Positions 18,287 to 28,735 are shown, counted from the first letter of the stretch. The stretch is 64,000 nucleotides of DNA from an uncultured Alphaproteobacteria bacterium (GCA_944392275.1 CALXWA010000004.1:20562-84561); one strand, 5' to 3'. The notes: a model not told the origin generated them from the sequence alone. Numbers and translations are program-made.

Positions 18287-18511
18287 TTATTGCATCGACG
18301 GAGAAGTTTCCTTTTTTTGATAATCTTGAACTCCTTTGTTGATCTCTGCTTTTGTTTCAGCCGCAATATTCCGAAAGCCGTCATCAACTTGGGTTGAAAC
18401 TTCACCAACGGTTGTCGTTTCTGTAATTTTGCCCTCATAGACACCTTTGCCGATTAAATAAATAACAACAATCAAAATCACATAAAATAAATATTTAATA
18501 AATGTCCCCAT
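18287..18511 (-). CDS. small single-TM membrane protein, hypothetical
   Basis: 74 aa with an N-terminal TM helix (FIKYLFYVILIVVIYLIG). AGGAGGA RBS, and its own terminator. Confidence 0.55.
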   Translation of the reverse strand: MGTFIKYLFYVILIVVIYLIGKGVYEGKITETTTVGEVSTQVDDGFRNIAAETKAEINKGVQDYQKKETSPSMQ

Positions 18512-18581
18512 AATCCTTCCTCCTCTATATTGTTCTATGACTCAAATAATTCTTCTTTATCTTTTTTCAAGCATACACAAC

Positions 18582-18610
18582 AAAAAAAGCCCGAAGATTG
18601 TCCGGGCTTT
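18582..18610 (-). terminator. Rho-independent terminator
   Basis: Hairpin AGCCCG-N9-CGGGCT, followed on the minus strand by T7. It lies 3' of the TPR gene that ends at 18625. Confidence 0.6.
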
Positions 18611-18624
18611 TAATAAAGAACAAC

Positions 18625-19590
18625 TTATTCGGCAGGTTTACTTTCCGGTTTGGGTGCACCTTCTTCAGGAACCAAGCTTTGTAATGTTCCGACCGCTTTT
18701 TTGCGTTTCAGTTTATTAACAAACTTCATGGAACGCTGAGCATCCCATTTCTTTTTACCTTCTTCTCTTTGGAAAATCTGTTGATAAACTTCAATTGCCT
18801 GATCAAATTCGGACAACTTGGTCAAACAACTGGCCAACCCGTCATAGAGCTTGTGATGATAGCGATTTCCGATAATTGTCTGTGCTTTTTTATAACATTT
18901 CAAAGCATCATTAAATTTCATCATTTTTTGATAAACAAATCCGATACTGATCCAAGCCTGAATCTCACGACTATCAATATTCAAAATTTTGGTAAAACAT
19001 TTAATGGCGGAAGCATTATCCCCCATCAACTGATAAGTAACACCAACACCGTTCCAAGCCTTAATATTGTTTTTATCATTAGCTAAGACTTTTTTAAAAA
19101 ACGAGATGGCACGATCATATTGTTTAAGTTTTTGTAACGTAACGGCAATACTGAGAAGAGTCTGGGCATGTTTATTATCAATTTTCATGGCTTGTTCCAA
19201 AACATCCAACGCCTCTTTATAAGCAAACATGTGCTGCAAAGCAATTGCTTTGCCGTTTAAGGCTTCCAAAGATGTCTTATCAATCGCCACCGCCTCATTA
19301 AAGCACATAATCGCGTCTTTATACAAGCCACGCATACTTAACGTAACACCTTTGTTGTTTAACACTTCAACAGATGTTGGATTCAATTCCAAAGCCTTGT
19401 CAAAACATTCAACGGCTTCGGTATAGCGGCTGAGTTTTTGAAAAGCAAATCCCTTTGAGTTTAAGGCTTTCCAAGAATCCGGCTGTTCGGCAATTGCCGC
19501 ATCAAATTGTTCAATTGCCTCTTTGTACATTCCTTGATCGAGCAGTTCTTGCCCTCTTTTATATGCTGTATTATCGTTTGATTTAACCAT
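18625..19590 (-). CDS. tetratricopeptide-repeat protein
   Basis: About 8 tandem 34-aa TPR units (xAxxxGxxxxxxxxYxxAIxxFxxALxLxP pattern); 321 aa. Confidence 0.8.
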   Translation of the reverse strand: MVKSNDNTAYKRGQELLDQGMYKEAIEQFDAAIAEQPDSWKALNSKGFAFQKLSRYTEAVECFDKALELNPTSVEVLNNKGVTLSMRGLYKDAIMCFNEAVAIDKTSLEALNGKAIALQHMFAYKEALDVLEQAMKIDNKHAQTLLSIAVTLQKLKQYDRAISFFKKVLANDKNNIKAWNGVGVTYQLMGDNASAIKCFTKILNIDSREIQAWISIGFVYQKMMKFNDALKCYKKAQTIIGNRYHHKLYDGLASCLTKLSEFDQAIEVYQQIFQREEGKKKWDAQRSMKFVNKLKRKKAVGTLQSLVPEEGAPKPESKPAE

Positions 19591-19671
19591 GATTACTCTC
19601 TTATCAATTATAGTTACAAAATAATTTCAGCTAAGAATGTATCATTATCGCAAATAATTGTCAATATAACC

Positions 19672-20625
19672 CTAGAAAATTTTAATATTTTGCGTGACAT
19701 CCATATCCGTACGAAAATCAATCAATTTACATCCGACCCGTCGGCAAAAATCCTGAAGATTTTTTCTCTTCTGAGCAAAATAAGTACGATAATCTTTTTG
19801 ATAGACTTTGGAGTTAGTATCAAAAATCAAGCGTTTCCCTTCATATTGAGCCATATATTCTCCCGATTTTGGCGGCAACTCTTCCAAAACATCAAAAACA
19901 TTAATCAAAAACAATTCTGTTTTGCGTGCCAAAGCGGCCAATTGAAGTTTTTCCGCCTCGTCCAAAAAATTAAAATCACTCAACAAAAAAACACTAGCCC
20001 GGTTTTTAACACTCTGCTCCAACATCTTAAGAGACCTAAGATGTCCCTCTTTTTCCCCTTGATCTTTTCGAGATAAAATTTCTTCCGACACCTGAGCCGT
20101 CTTTTTTAAAATAGCCATCAACTGAGCCCGATTGTTTTGCGGTTTGAACACATAGGTATTCCGACCATCATAAATCACACAACCAAACCGATCTTTATTT
20201 TCCAAAGAAACCCAGCCTAACAAGGAAGCCAATTTGGCCGCCGTAACGGATTTAAGCTCTTTTTTTGTTCCAAACAACATTTGCCCAGACAAATCAAGCC
20301 ACACATAAATTTCATGATCTTTTTCTTCATTAAAAACTTTAGTGTAGGGCTGTTCTTTTCGGGCAGTAATCCGCCAATCAATATCGCGAACATCATCCCC
20401 AAAGCTATAAGCTCGCACTTCCTCAAGCTCCATTCCTCGCCCCTTAAAGGCGGATTTAATATCTCCACTCTGGTGAGAATAGCTTTTCTTTTTACGGATA
20501 GACCGAACATAAGCCGCACTTTGACGCATTGCCATCAATTCTTCCAAAGAGGCATACAAGCCATTACCGGTTTCCCGCGTTTTTGGCTTAAACAAACGTT
20601 TGGCAATTTTTTTTAACTTAATCAT
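19672..20625 (-). CDS. DUF58 domain protein (MoxR-associated, vWA-like fold)
   Basis: DUF58 core (EVRAYSFGDDVRDIDWRITAR...VWLDLSGQM); sits immediately downstream of the MoxR ATPase gene. Confidence 0.7.
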   Translation of the reverse strand: MIKLKKIAKRLFKPKTRETGNGLYASLEELMAMRQSAAYVRSIRKKKSYSHQSGDIKSAFKGRGMELEEVRAYSFGDDVRDIDWRITARKEQPYTKVFNEEKDHEIYVWLDLSGQMLFGTKKELKSVTAAKLASLLGWVSLENKDRFGCVIYDGRNTYVFKPQNNRAQLMAILKKTAQVSEEILSRKDQGEKEGHLRSLKMLEQSVKNRASVFLLSDFNFLDEAEKLQLAALARKTELFLINVFDVLEELPPKSGEYMAQYEGKRLIFDTNSKVYQKDYRTYFAQKRKNLQDFCRRVGCKLIDFRTDMDVTQNIKIF

Positions 20626-20652
20626 CCTGCGACCTTACACCAATAAAACCTC

Positions 20653-21627
20653 TTAAGGCAAAGGAACCAACTTCAAAATTTTATTAATGACAAGATCCGT
20701 GGTAATGCCCTCGGCCTGAGCCTCAAAAGACAAAATAATGCGGTGCCGTAAAACATCATAAACCACGGCATGAATATCCTCCGGCGTTACAAAATCTTTT
20801 CCCTTCAACCACGCATGAATTTTAGAACACCGATCCAAAGCTAAGGTTGCACGCGGACTGGCCCCAAACATCACATAGCCGGACATTTTTTCATCATAAC
20901 GTTCCACATGACGTGTTGCCATAATCAATTGGACCAAATACTCTTCAACCGCCTCACTCATATGAACCTGCAAAGCCAAACGACGGGCTTCCAAGATATC
21001 GGCAATTTCAACGGCCGGCTTTGCCTCCCCGGCAGTATGATTTTGCTCCTGCAAAATTTCTCCCCGAACCAAACGCAAAATTTTCTTTTCGGCTTCGGCA
21101 TCCGGCTGATCAATTTTAATATACATCAAAAAACGGTCAAGTTGGGCTTCCGGAAGATTGTAAGTCCCTTCATGTTCAATCGGATTTTGCGTTGCCATAA
21201 CCATAAACAATTCCGGCAAGGCGTACTTAACACCGCCAACACTGACCTGGCGTTCGGCCATAGCCTCCAACAAGGCGGATTGAACTTTTGCCGGTGCACG
21301 GTTAATTTCATCAGCCAAAATCAAATTGGCAAAAATCGGTCCGTTCCGAAACTCAAAACATCCCTTAGCGGCAACATAAATCTCACTTCCGGTAATATCT
21401 GAGGGCAACAAATCCGGTGTAAACTGAATTCGATTGTATTTTGCTTTAATTAAAGAAGACAGCGTTTTAATAGCTTTTGTTTTAGCCAAACCGGGAGCCC
21501 CTTCCACCAAAACATGCCCATCCGCCAACAAAGCAATCATCAACTTATCCACCAAATCTTTTTGACCGATAATTTGCGAATTCATATAATTTTTCAGAGA
21601 TAAAATTTTATTTGCAACTTCTGACAT
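20653..21627 (-). CDS. MoxR-family AAA+ ATPase
   Basis: Walker A GAPGLAKT, Walker B LILADEINRA, and the MoxR-specific C-terminal lid; 324 aa. Confidence 0.9.
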   Translation of the reverse strand: MSEVANKILSLKNYMNSQIIGQKDLVDKLMIALLADGHVLVEGAPGLAKTKAIKTLSSLIKAKYNRIQFTPDLLPSDITGSEIYVAAKGCFEFRNGPIFANLILADEINRAPAKVQSALLEAMAERQVSVGGVKYALPELFMVMATQNPIEHEGTYNLPEAQLDRFLMYIKIDQPDAEAEKKILRLVRGEILQEQNHTAGEAKPAVEIADILEARRLALQVHMSEAVEEYLVQLIMATRHVERYDEKMSGYVMFGASPRATLALDRCSKIHAWLKGKDFVTPEDIHAVVYDVLRHRIILSFEAQAEGITTDLVINKILKLVPLP

Positions 21628-21629
21628 TT

Positions 21630-22577
21630 TTACAATCCTGCTCCGTTAATCCGATTTAAAAAATTATAATATTCTTCCAAAACCATTGTTTTCATCATAT
21701 CATTGCCCATAAAGTCAAATAACTCGACTGAACGTTTATAATGAGCTTTGGCACGTTCAAAATCTCCTTTTTCACGATTACAGCTTTCAACTCGTGCCAA
21801 ATACAAAAGAGCTTCAGCCTCTGCATAATGATGAGAAACTTTACCATACAAATAAACCGATTTCATCAAAGCTTTTCTTGCTTTTTCAATATCTTTGATA
21901 ACATAACGCAAACATCCGATCGCCGATAAAGCAGAAGCCTCCCCCAACAAATCGCCGTTTTCCCGATACAAATCACGACATCTTTCCAACACATCATGAG
22001 CATAATCATAATTTTTATTTTTAATTTCGATTCGGGCAATGGCACGCAAAACAGAAGCTTCTTTCAAACTAACATGATCGGCTTTATAATATTCTGCTGC
22101 TTTTTGGTAAGCTTTTAAGGCCTCTTTTTCGTTATTTTCAATTAAAAAAACATACGCTTCTTGGTCACAAACATCGCCGAGCAAATCCGGGTTTCCGACA
22201 TTTTCTAAAATTTTTTTAGCATTCCAAAGGGTTTCTTTTGCTTTTTGCAGCTCATTTTGCGAGGTATAAACTTTAGCCAGTTTAATCAAAATTTCGCCAT
22301 ACGTATTCTGAGCAAAATCCTTATCCGCAACCAATGCTCCGGCCGCCTGCAACGTTTTTTCCGCTTGCTTGTAGTTTTCAAGACTAAGCAACAGTTCTCC
22401 CAAACGGGCTAAAACAAAAGCCTCTCCCTCATCATCCTCTTTTTCATGATACAAAGAAGCGGCCTTTTCATAATTTTTCCGAGCATCTTCATATTGACCG
22501 GCACGCCAGTTATCATCGGCTTTTTGAAAGACTTTTGATGCTTCCGTAACCAGTTTTCCCTGACTTGTTCTAGGCAT
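21630..22577 (-). CDS. tetratricopeptide-repeat protein
   Basis: TPR units throughout. Its stop is 3 nt before the MoxR start. Confidence 0.75.
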   Translation of the reverse strand: MPRTSQGKLVTEASKVFQKADDNWRAGQYEDARKNYEKAASLYHEKEDDEGEAFVLARLGELLLSLENYKQAEKTLQAAGALVADKDFAQNTYGEILIKLAKVYTSQNELQKAKETLWNAKKILENVGNPDLLGDVCDQEAYVFLIENNEKEALKAYQKAAEYYKADHVSLKEASVLRAIARIEIKNKNYDYAHDVLERCRDLYRENGDLLGEASALSAIGCLRYVIKDIEKARKALMKSVYLYGKVSHHYAEAEALLYLARVESCNREKGDFERAKAHYKRSVELFDFMGNDMMKTMVLEEYYNFLNRINGAGL

Positions 22578-22652
22578 TGCAGATTCTCCTTTTCAAACTT
22601 TTAATATTATTATATATATGGTCTAAAAGTTAAAAAAACAAGAAGATTAGCA

Positions 22653-24941
22653 ATGGATGATACTTTTGATTTAGAGGAGCCGTTTACACCGGAAACCAAT
22701 GATAATATCTCGGCTTTAATGCCCACCTGCCCCTGGCTTGACATGCTCAATCCGGAGCAAAAATTAGCCGTGCAAACAACGCAAGGGCCGCTTTTGGTCC
22801 TATCCGGAGCCGGGACCGGAAAAACCAAAGTTTTAACCACACGGTTAGCTTATATTTTAGCCAATCGTTTAGCCAACCCGTGGGAATGTCTGGTGGTAAC
22901 GTTTACCAACCGTGCCGCCCGAGAAATGAAAGAGCGTGTGGAAAACATGATTGGCGAAATTGCCAACTCGGTCTGGCTCGGAACCTTTCACAGCATTTGT
23001 GTCAAAATCCTTCGCAATCATGCAGAACTGGTCGGATTACATTCCAACTTTACCATTCTCGGAGAAGATGACCAAAAAAGGTTAATCAAACAAATTCTTG
23101 AAACACAAGGTATAGATTCGCAAAAATATCCCCCCCAGTCAATTCTGGAAAAAATCAGTCGCTGGAAGGATAAAGGTATCAGTGTTGATAAAATCAGCAA
23201 TGATTTTAAAGAAACAACCGTTACTCAGGTCTACAAACTGTATCAAGCCCGCCTTCTGGAGCTAAACTGCGTTGACTTTGGCGACATTATTCTTTATTGC
23301 CTCAATATTTTAATGTCTGACAAAGACGTGTTGGACAAATACCAAAGCCGTTTCAAGTACATTATGGTCGATGAATATCAAGATACCAATGTCAGTCAAT
23401 ATCTGTTAATCCGGCTTTTGTGCCAAAAATATCGCAACATCTGCTGCGTCGGAGATGATGACCAATCCATCTATTCTTGGCGAGGAGCCGAAATTGAAAA
23501 TATCTTGCGGTTTAACAAAGACTTTGAAGATGCCAAAACCATCCGTTTGGAGCGAAACTATCGTTCCACGGCAAATATTTTGGCGGCGGCCTCAAATCTC
23601 ATCGCCCATAACGAAAGCCGCCTTGGCAAAACCCTAAAAGTTGCCGAAAACTCTCCGGCCAACCAAGCCGAAAACAGCAAAATCAAAATTGTCAGTACCT
23701 ATAACGGAGAAGAAGAAGCCAAATATGTCGTTGATGAAATCGACTCTCTGATTCGCGACGGCTATAATTACTCGGATATTGCCATTTTAGTCCGTACAGC
23801 CGCCCAAACGCGCGAATTTGAAGAAAAATTTATGGCTGAGGCCCTTCCTTACCAAGTCATCGGCGGACTAAAATTCTATGAACGAGCCGAAATTCGCGAT
23901 GCCTTAGCCTATTTTCGAGTTGTCTTGCAACCCCATGATGATCTGGCGTTAGAAAGAATCATCAACAAGCCGGCCCGTGGTATTGGTGCCAAGACGATTG
24001 AAAAACTCGAAACCTTTGCTCGCAACAACCATATTTCGCTTTATATGGCAATTGAACAAATGCTGTCTCTTGGAAGCTTTAGCGGAAAAACACAAAATGC
24101 CCTCTCAAAGTTAATCGAAAATTTTCAATCATGGCGTCAAATAATGCCCGCCATCACTCCGGACGAACTGGCCGAACAAATTTTAGAAGAATGCGGATAC
24201 ATTGAAATGCTAAAAGCCGACAACTCGGCTGAAGCCCCGGGGAGACTTGAAAACCTGAAAGAATTAATCAACGTCATGAGCGACACCGACAAATATCCAT
24301 CGCTTTCAGAGTTTATGGAACACGTCAGTTTAGTAATTGACAAAGACGATATCAGTAATGAAAACAAAGTAAGGCTCATTACACTTCACTCGGCCAAGGG
24401 GTTAGAGTTTAATGTTGTTTTTCTTCCCGGATGGGAGGAAGGTCTTTTCCCGCACCAACGCAGTCTAGATGAAAGTGGCAACGCCGCTTTGGAAGAAGAA
24501 CGCCGTCTTGCCTATGTTGCAATAACCCGGGCCAAACAAAAGCTCTATATCTCAATGGCCATGAACCGCCGTGTCTATGGCCAATGGCAACAAAACCTCC
24601 CTTCTCGCTTTATTAATGAGCTTCCCAAAGCCAATATTGAAATATGCAATCGCTGCAATAACCTTTACAACAGCAATTTCAGTAATTATATCAAACAAAA
24701 ACCCACTTCCTGGTTCAACCAACCCAAGGAGAAATCACATGACTTTCGTTCTGGTATCAACCCTGTTGGGAATTTTAGCCGTCAACCTGTTCATGCAAGT
24801 CTGATTGGCTCAAAAGTATATCACGAAACTTTTGGCTACGGAATGGTCGTTGCGGCAGATGGCGACAAGCTTCAAGTCTGTTTTGAAACAGCCGGCATCA
24901 AAAAACTAATGCGTAATTTTGTGACAAAAGTTTCTAAATAA
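22653..24941 (+). CDS. uvrD: ATP-dependent DNA helicase, UvrD/Rep/PcrA family
   Basis: Motif I (GAGTGKT) and all SF1 motifs; 762 aa. Confidence 0.9.
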   Translation: MDDTFDLEEPFTPETNDNISALMPTCPWLDMLNPEQKLAVQTTQGPLLVLSGAGTGKTKVLTTRLAYILANRLANPWECLVVTFTNRAAREMKERVENMIGEIANSVWLGTFHSICVKILRNHAELVGLHSNFTILGEDDQKRLIKQILETQGIDSQKYPPQSILEKISRWKDKGISVDKISNDFKETTVTQVYKLYQARLLELNCVDFGDIILYCLNILMSDKDVLDKYQSRFKYIMVDEYQDTNVSQYLLIRLLCQKYRNICCVGDDDQSIYSWRGAEIENILRFNKDFEDAKTIRLERNYRSTANILAAASNLIAHNESRLGKTLKVAENSPANQAENSKIKIVSTYNGEEEAKYVVDEIDSLIRDGYNYSDIAILVRTAAQTREFEEKFMAEALPYQVIGGLKFYERAEIRDALAYFRVVLQPHDDLALERIINKPARGIGAKTIEKLETFARNNHISLYMAIEQMLSLGSFSGKTQNALSKLIENFQSWRQIMPAITPDELAEQILEECGYIEMLKADNSAEAPGRLENLKELINVMSDTDKYPSLSEFMEHVSLVIDKDDISNENKVRLITLHSAKGLEFNVVFLPGWEEGLFPHQRSLDESGNAALEEERRLAYVAITRAKQKLYISMAMNRRVYGQWQQNLPSRFINELPKANIEICNRCNNLYNSNFSNYIKQKPTSWFNQPKEKSHDFRSGINPVGNFSRQPVHASLIGSKVYHETFGYGMVVAADGDKLQVCFETAGIKKLMRNFVTKVSK

Positions 24942-24975
24942 TCTCTTGCCAACGAGAATACACATTCCTTTTTAT

Positions 24976-25010
24976 AATAAAAAAGCCCCTTTGGAAAAGG
25001 GGCTAATTTT
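24976..25010. terminator. Rho-independent terminator between convergent genes
   Basis: Hairpin AGCCCCTT-TGGAA-AAGGGGCT with an 8-bp perfect stem. An A-run lies upstream and a T-rich stretch downstream. Confidence 0.7.
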
Positions 25011-25032
25011 AACAATTTTCAAAAAAATCTTT

Positions 25033-26361
25033 CTAAAACGGACTGGAAACATCCGGAACGACTGTCCCCTGAGAGGAAGAACCTTTCTCCGGTTTTATAG
25101 AGACCGTTCCGTCAATCCAATAACGTTCAATTTCTTCCACACTGGGAACTTCTACTTTCTTAACTTCCTCAACCCGTTCAATCGTATTGGTCTGTCCTTG
25201 CGTATTAACCAAGAGATTAACCGGTTGGTTAGAACTTGAAACCGGAAGCTCAACAACACTTACGGACGTTCCGGATTTTTTAGGTTGTTCTACCACCTTG
25301 GAGGAAGAAACGCTTGCCGTCGCAACATTCTTTTTTTGTGTTCCCGTATTTTTTCGAATACCGAGATATCTTTCAACGGCGGCTTTTTCACGAGCTTTTT
25401 CCTTAGCCGTAATCAAATTCAAATCATATAAGGCCTCTAATTTTCGCAAATCCTTAGCCGCACCGAAAATATCACGCGACGGAGCTTTTGGTTTCATTCT
25501 TTCCCGGGGTTCCGGATCCATCAAAGCAATAATAATGGTATCTCTTTCAGCCGAAAACTCTTGCGGAGAAATAGCTCGATTTTCAACAGCCTCTTTCAAA
25601 ACTTCAATTCTCTCCACAATCAAATCCGGAGACGGAACCGGCTCATCAATCCCGGTACCGCCCGGTTTATTGGTCAACGGCAATAAGCCTCCGATATTTG
25701 CCTGCCTTCTCGTCAAAAATTCTTCTTGGGTAATAAGGTCTTTTTCAGCCAATTCCTTTAAGGTCAAAAACCGAGAGATAATATTTTGTTCTTGTGGTGT
25801 AAAGAGCTCTCCGACATCGGGCGTTTTTTTCGCCTTAACGACCGGCTTTTTGTTTAGGGCCTTTTGGATGGCCATAGCCGACTGTTCCGCACTGCTTTGT
25901 TCCGAAATATTAAAAGCCTTAACCCCATCTTTATTTTCAATCAACAATTCACTTTGCTTTACTTCAAGCATCCGGAGCTTTTTCTTGGCAATATCAACAA
26001 TTTTTTCGGGAACATTACTGTCGGTACCGAGGATTGTTGTTTCATTTCCGCCAATGATAATTAAATCCTCATAATACTGACGCGCCCGATTCAACCGCCC
26101 TGTTTTTTCCGCCGTTAAGGCCCCCACCAATAAAGCTTGCTGATTTCTCGGATTAGCTTTCAAAGCTTCCGCGACAAACTCGGCCGCCTTTTTAAAATCC
26201 CCTTGAGAATAGGCAACGGTGGCTTGACTAGCCTCTTCATTACCGTTTTTCTCAAACATTTGCACAAACCAGTTCGATTCCTCATCAGAATCTTTTTTAT
26301 CAATCACGGCACAGGCATTCAGGGCACACGCGGCTGTCAGACCAAGCAACATTGTTTTCAT
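25033..26361 (-). CDS. TPR-containing lipoprotein, hypothetical
   Basis: ORF-track start is a TTG at 26403; trimmed to the ATG at 26361 (MKTMLLGLTAACALNAC, a lipobox). TPR-like N-terminal region and a Pro/Ser-rich C-terminus. Confidence 0.5.
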   Translation of the reverse strand: MKTMLLGLTAACALNACAVIDKKDSDEESNWFVQMFEKNGNEEASQATVAYSQGDFKKAAEFVAEALKANPRNQQALLVGALTAEKTGRLNRARQYYEDLIIIGGNETTILGTDSNVPEKIVDIAKKKLRMLEVKQSELLIENKDGVKAFNISEQSSAEQSAMAIQKALNKKPVVKAKKTPDVGELFTPQEQNIISRFLTLKELAEKDLITQEEFLTRRQANIGGLLPLTNKPGGTGIDEPVPSPDLIVERIEVLKEAVENRAISPQEFSAERDTIIIALMDPEPRERMKPKAPSRDIFGAAKDLRKLEALYDLNLITAKEKAREKAAVERYLGIRKNTGTQKKNVATASVSSSKVVEQPKKSGTSVSVVELPVSSSNQPVNLLVNTQGQTNTIERVEEVKKVEVPSVEEIERYWIDGTVSIKPEKGSSSQGTVVPDVSSPF

Positions 26362-26549
26362 AATACGGGCAGAACTCAAGAGATTGCTCCTCAACAAAAT
26401 CAAAAAAAACTTTTTCTGCTGCTCATAATATATAAGATTGAATTATATTACAATAATTTTGTTTGCTTTGTTAATTTGTGCTTGATTTCTTGCAAATATT
26501 ATGTAGTATTGCAGAAAATTAACAAACAATTAACCATGTTTTAACGATT

Positions 26550-26634
26550 GCGGGTGTGGTGAAATTGGTAGACACGCCAGACTTAGGATCTGGTGCCGCA
26601 AGGTTTAAGAGTTCGAGTCTCTTCACCCGCACCA
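26550..26634 (+). tRNA. tRNA-Leu (anticodon TAG)
   Basis: 85 nt: GCGGGTG acceptor, anticodon loop CTTAGGA, long variable arm, GTTCGAGTC T-arm, and 3' ACCA. Confidence 0.9.
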
Positions 26635-26679
26635 TATTTGAGCATTCAGATATGGATTAACAACGAAAGAAGTGATTTG

Positions 26680-28062
26680 ATGAATATTACCGAATTAAAG
26701 TCTGAAGGCTTGAAAAAAGAATATAAAGTATCGGTTTCTGCTTCTGAATTTGAACAGAAAGTTGACGATAAAATCAAACAAGTTGCCAAAAACGCAAAAC
26801 TTCCGGGCTTCCGTGCCGGCAAAGCACCTTTTGCCATGCTAAAGAAAAAATACAAAGATTCTGTTATGGGCGAAGCTTTGGATGATGTTGTTCGCAACGC
26901 CATTGCCGATTTGGTAAAAGAAAAAAATCTTCGTCCGGCAACCCAACCGGATGTTAAAGTTACTTCTTTTGCTGAAGGTAAAGATGTTGAATTTGAAGTA
27001 TCGGTTGACACACTTCCTGAAATTAAAATTAAAGACTTCTCCGGTATTTCATTAGACAAATACATGGCAGAAGTTCCGGCAGAAGAAGTTGAAAAAGCTT
27101 TGAACTATCTTGCTCAAGCTCGGAAAGAAACATCTCCTGTTAATCGTGCAGCCCAAAAGACCGATGTTGTCATGATTGACTTTACCGGATCCGTAGATGG
27201 GGTTGAATTCAAAGGCGGCAAAGGCAATAACTATCCTTTAGAGCTTGGTTCTAATGCCTTTATCCCTGGTTTTGAGGATCAATTAATCGGGGCTAAAGCC
27301 GGTGATAAAATTGATGTTAAAGTCAAATTCCCCGACAACTATCATGCCAAAGATTTAGCCGGAAAAGATGCTGTTTTTGTAACAGAAGTCAAAGAAGTTC
27401 GTGAACAAAAAACTGTAGAAATCAATGACGATTTTGCCAAATCCATGGGTGAAGAAAATCTTGATAAATTAAAAGAAACAATTTCTAACCGCATTAAAAG
27501 CGATTATGAATCCGCTTCTCGCATGAAAATCAAACGTCAATTGTTGGATACTTTAGACAAAGAATACAACTTTGAAGTTCCGTCTTCTTTGGTTGATGCC
27601 GAATACAAAGCAATTCTTGACCAATATGAGCAAGCAAAAAAATACAATCAATTAGATGAAAATGAAAAGAACAAATCCGAAGACGAATTAAAAGCCGAAT
27701 ACAAAGACATTGCCGTTCGTCGTGTAAAACTCGGCCTTGTTCTTTCGCAAATCGGTCAAGAAGCCGAAGTCAGCATCAAACCGGAAGATATTAATGAAGC
27801 CATTATGAAAGAGGCTAAAAAATACCCCGGACAAGAAAAAATGGTTTTAGATTATTATCTGAAAAACAAATCGGCCGTTGATGCTCTCAAAGCCCCGATT
27901 TTTGAAGAAAAAATTGTTGATCATATCATCAGCAAAGCTAAAGTTTCTGAAAAAATCGTAAGCGTTGAAGATTTATACAACTTTGACGAAGAAAAAAAGG
28001 CTGCTAAAAAAGCCGCTCCGAAAAAAGAAACAAAAACCAAAAGCGAAAAGAAATCCGCTTAA
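26680..28062 (+). CDS. tig: trigger factor (ribosome-associated PPIase chaperone)
   Basis: Trimmed to the ATG at 26680 (MNITELKSEGLKKEYKV...), because the ORF-track N-terminal extension overlaps tRNA-Leu. Has the FKBP-type middle domain and a Lys-rich C-terminal tail. Confidence 0.9.
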   Translation: MNITELKSEGLKKEYKVSVSASEFEQKVDDKIKQVAKNAKLPGFRAGKAPFAMLKKKYKDSVMGEALDDVVRNAIADLVKEKNLRPATQPDVKVTSFAEGKDVEFEVSVDTLPEIKIKDFSGISLDKYMAEVPAEEVEKALNYLAQARKETSPVNRAAQKTDVVMIDFTGSVDGVEFKGGKGNNYPLELGSNAFIPGFEDQLIGAKAGDKIDVKVKFPDNYHAKDLAGKDAVFVTEVKEVREQKTVEINDDFAKSMGEENLDKLKETISNRIKSDYESASRMKIKRQLLDTLDKEYNFEVPSSLVDAEYKAILDQYEQAKKYNQLDENEKNKSEDELKAEYKDIAVRRVKLGLVLSQIGQEAEVSIKPEDINEAIMKEAKKYPGQEKMVLDYYLKNKSAVDALKAPIFEEKIVDHIISKAKVSEKIVSVEDLYNFDEEKKAAKKAAPKKETKTKSEKKSA

Positions 28063-28080
28063 TCGGAAGATATAATAATA

Positions 28081-28110
28081 AAAAAACCGGTTCTAAGAAC
28101 CGGTTTTTTT
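28081..28110. terminator. Rho-independent terminator (bidirectional)
   Basis: Hairpin AAACCGGTTC-TAA-GAACCGGTTT with a perfect stem, flanked by an A6 run and a T7 run. Confidence 0.85.
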
Positions 28111-28111
28111 A

Positions 28112-28615
28112 TTATTTATTTTTCAAACTTTTCCATACCGAACGCCGTGGCAACCATGCATTAACATCCATTTTATAATCAATATATTCCTGTCCAAATT
28201 GGTTAGCCAAAGCAAATTCCTCAAAATGAGCCACGTAATAAACCATAGAAAAAGCAATCAAAACGGCAAAAACGAAAAGCGGAACAGAACTAAAGTACAA
28301 ACTTTCGCCGACAACCAAAACTAAAATACCCAAATACATCGGATTCCGAACATAGCGGTAAGGACCACTGGTCACTAATTTGCGGCTTTTTACAGAAAAG
28401 GTTAAATCGGCCTCGCCGTCTTTAATTAAACTCCGATACGACAAAACCAACAAAAGAACGCCTACAATCATCAAAAAAATTGCCAAAAAATATTTTAAGG
28501 TTGAGAACTCAATGAGCGGAACATTATGATACTGTAACACCAAAATAAAAAACGGGACATAAACCCCTAAAATCATGGGTAGATTATATAAAAAAGCCCA
28601 ATCTTTTTTCTTCAT
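28112..28615 (-). CDS. isoprenylcysteine carboxyl methyltransferase (ICMT/PEMT-like) family membrane protein
   Basis: RNPMYLG motif with multi-TM topology. Trimmed to the ATG at 28615, preceded by an AGGAGGA RBS. Confidence 0.65.
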   Translation of the reverse strand: MKKKDWAFLYNLPMILGVYVPFFILVLQYHNVPLIEFSTLKYFLAIFLMIVGVLLLVLSYRSLIKDGEADLTFSVKSRKLVTSGPYRYVRNPMYLGILVLVVGESLYFSSVPLFVFAVLIAFSMVYYVAHFEEFALANQFGQEYIDYKMDVNAWLPRRSVWKSLKNK

Positions 28616-28735
28616 TTTAACATTCCTCCTCTGGCAAATACAGTCTTTATTTAATCTCAGAAACAAACTTAACAAGTAAGAAGAAATAAAATATTTTTAA
28701 AACAAAAAAACGATGCTAAAGAGCACCGTTTTTAA

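Noticed and set aside
18223-18444. 73-aa ORF on the minus strand overlapping the small membrane-protein gene
   Set aside because: It overlaps, in another frame, the better-supported 18287..18511 gene, which has a strong ribosome-binding site and a terminator. It also spans that terminator hairpin.
25187-26074. 295-aa plus-strand ORF antisense to the TPR lipoprotein gene
   Set aside because: Low-complexity Ser/Phe-rich translation with no start context. It lies entirely inside a better-supported minus-strand gene.
26593-26679. N-terminal 29-aa extension of the trigger factor ORF
   Set aside because: The extension is translated across tRNA-Leu (26550-26634). The true start is the ATG at 26680.
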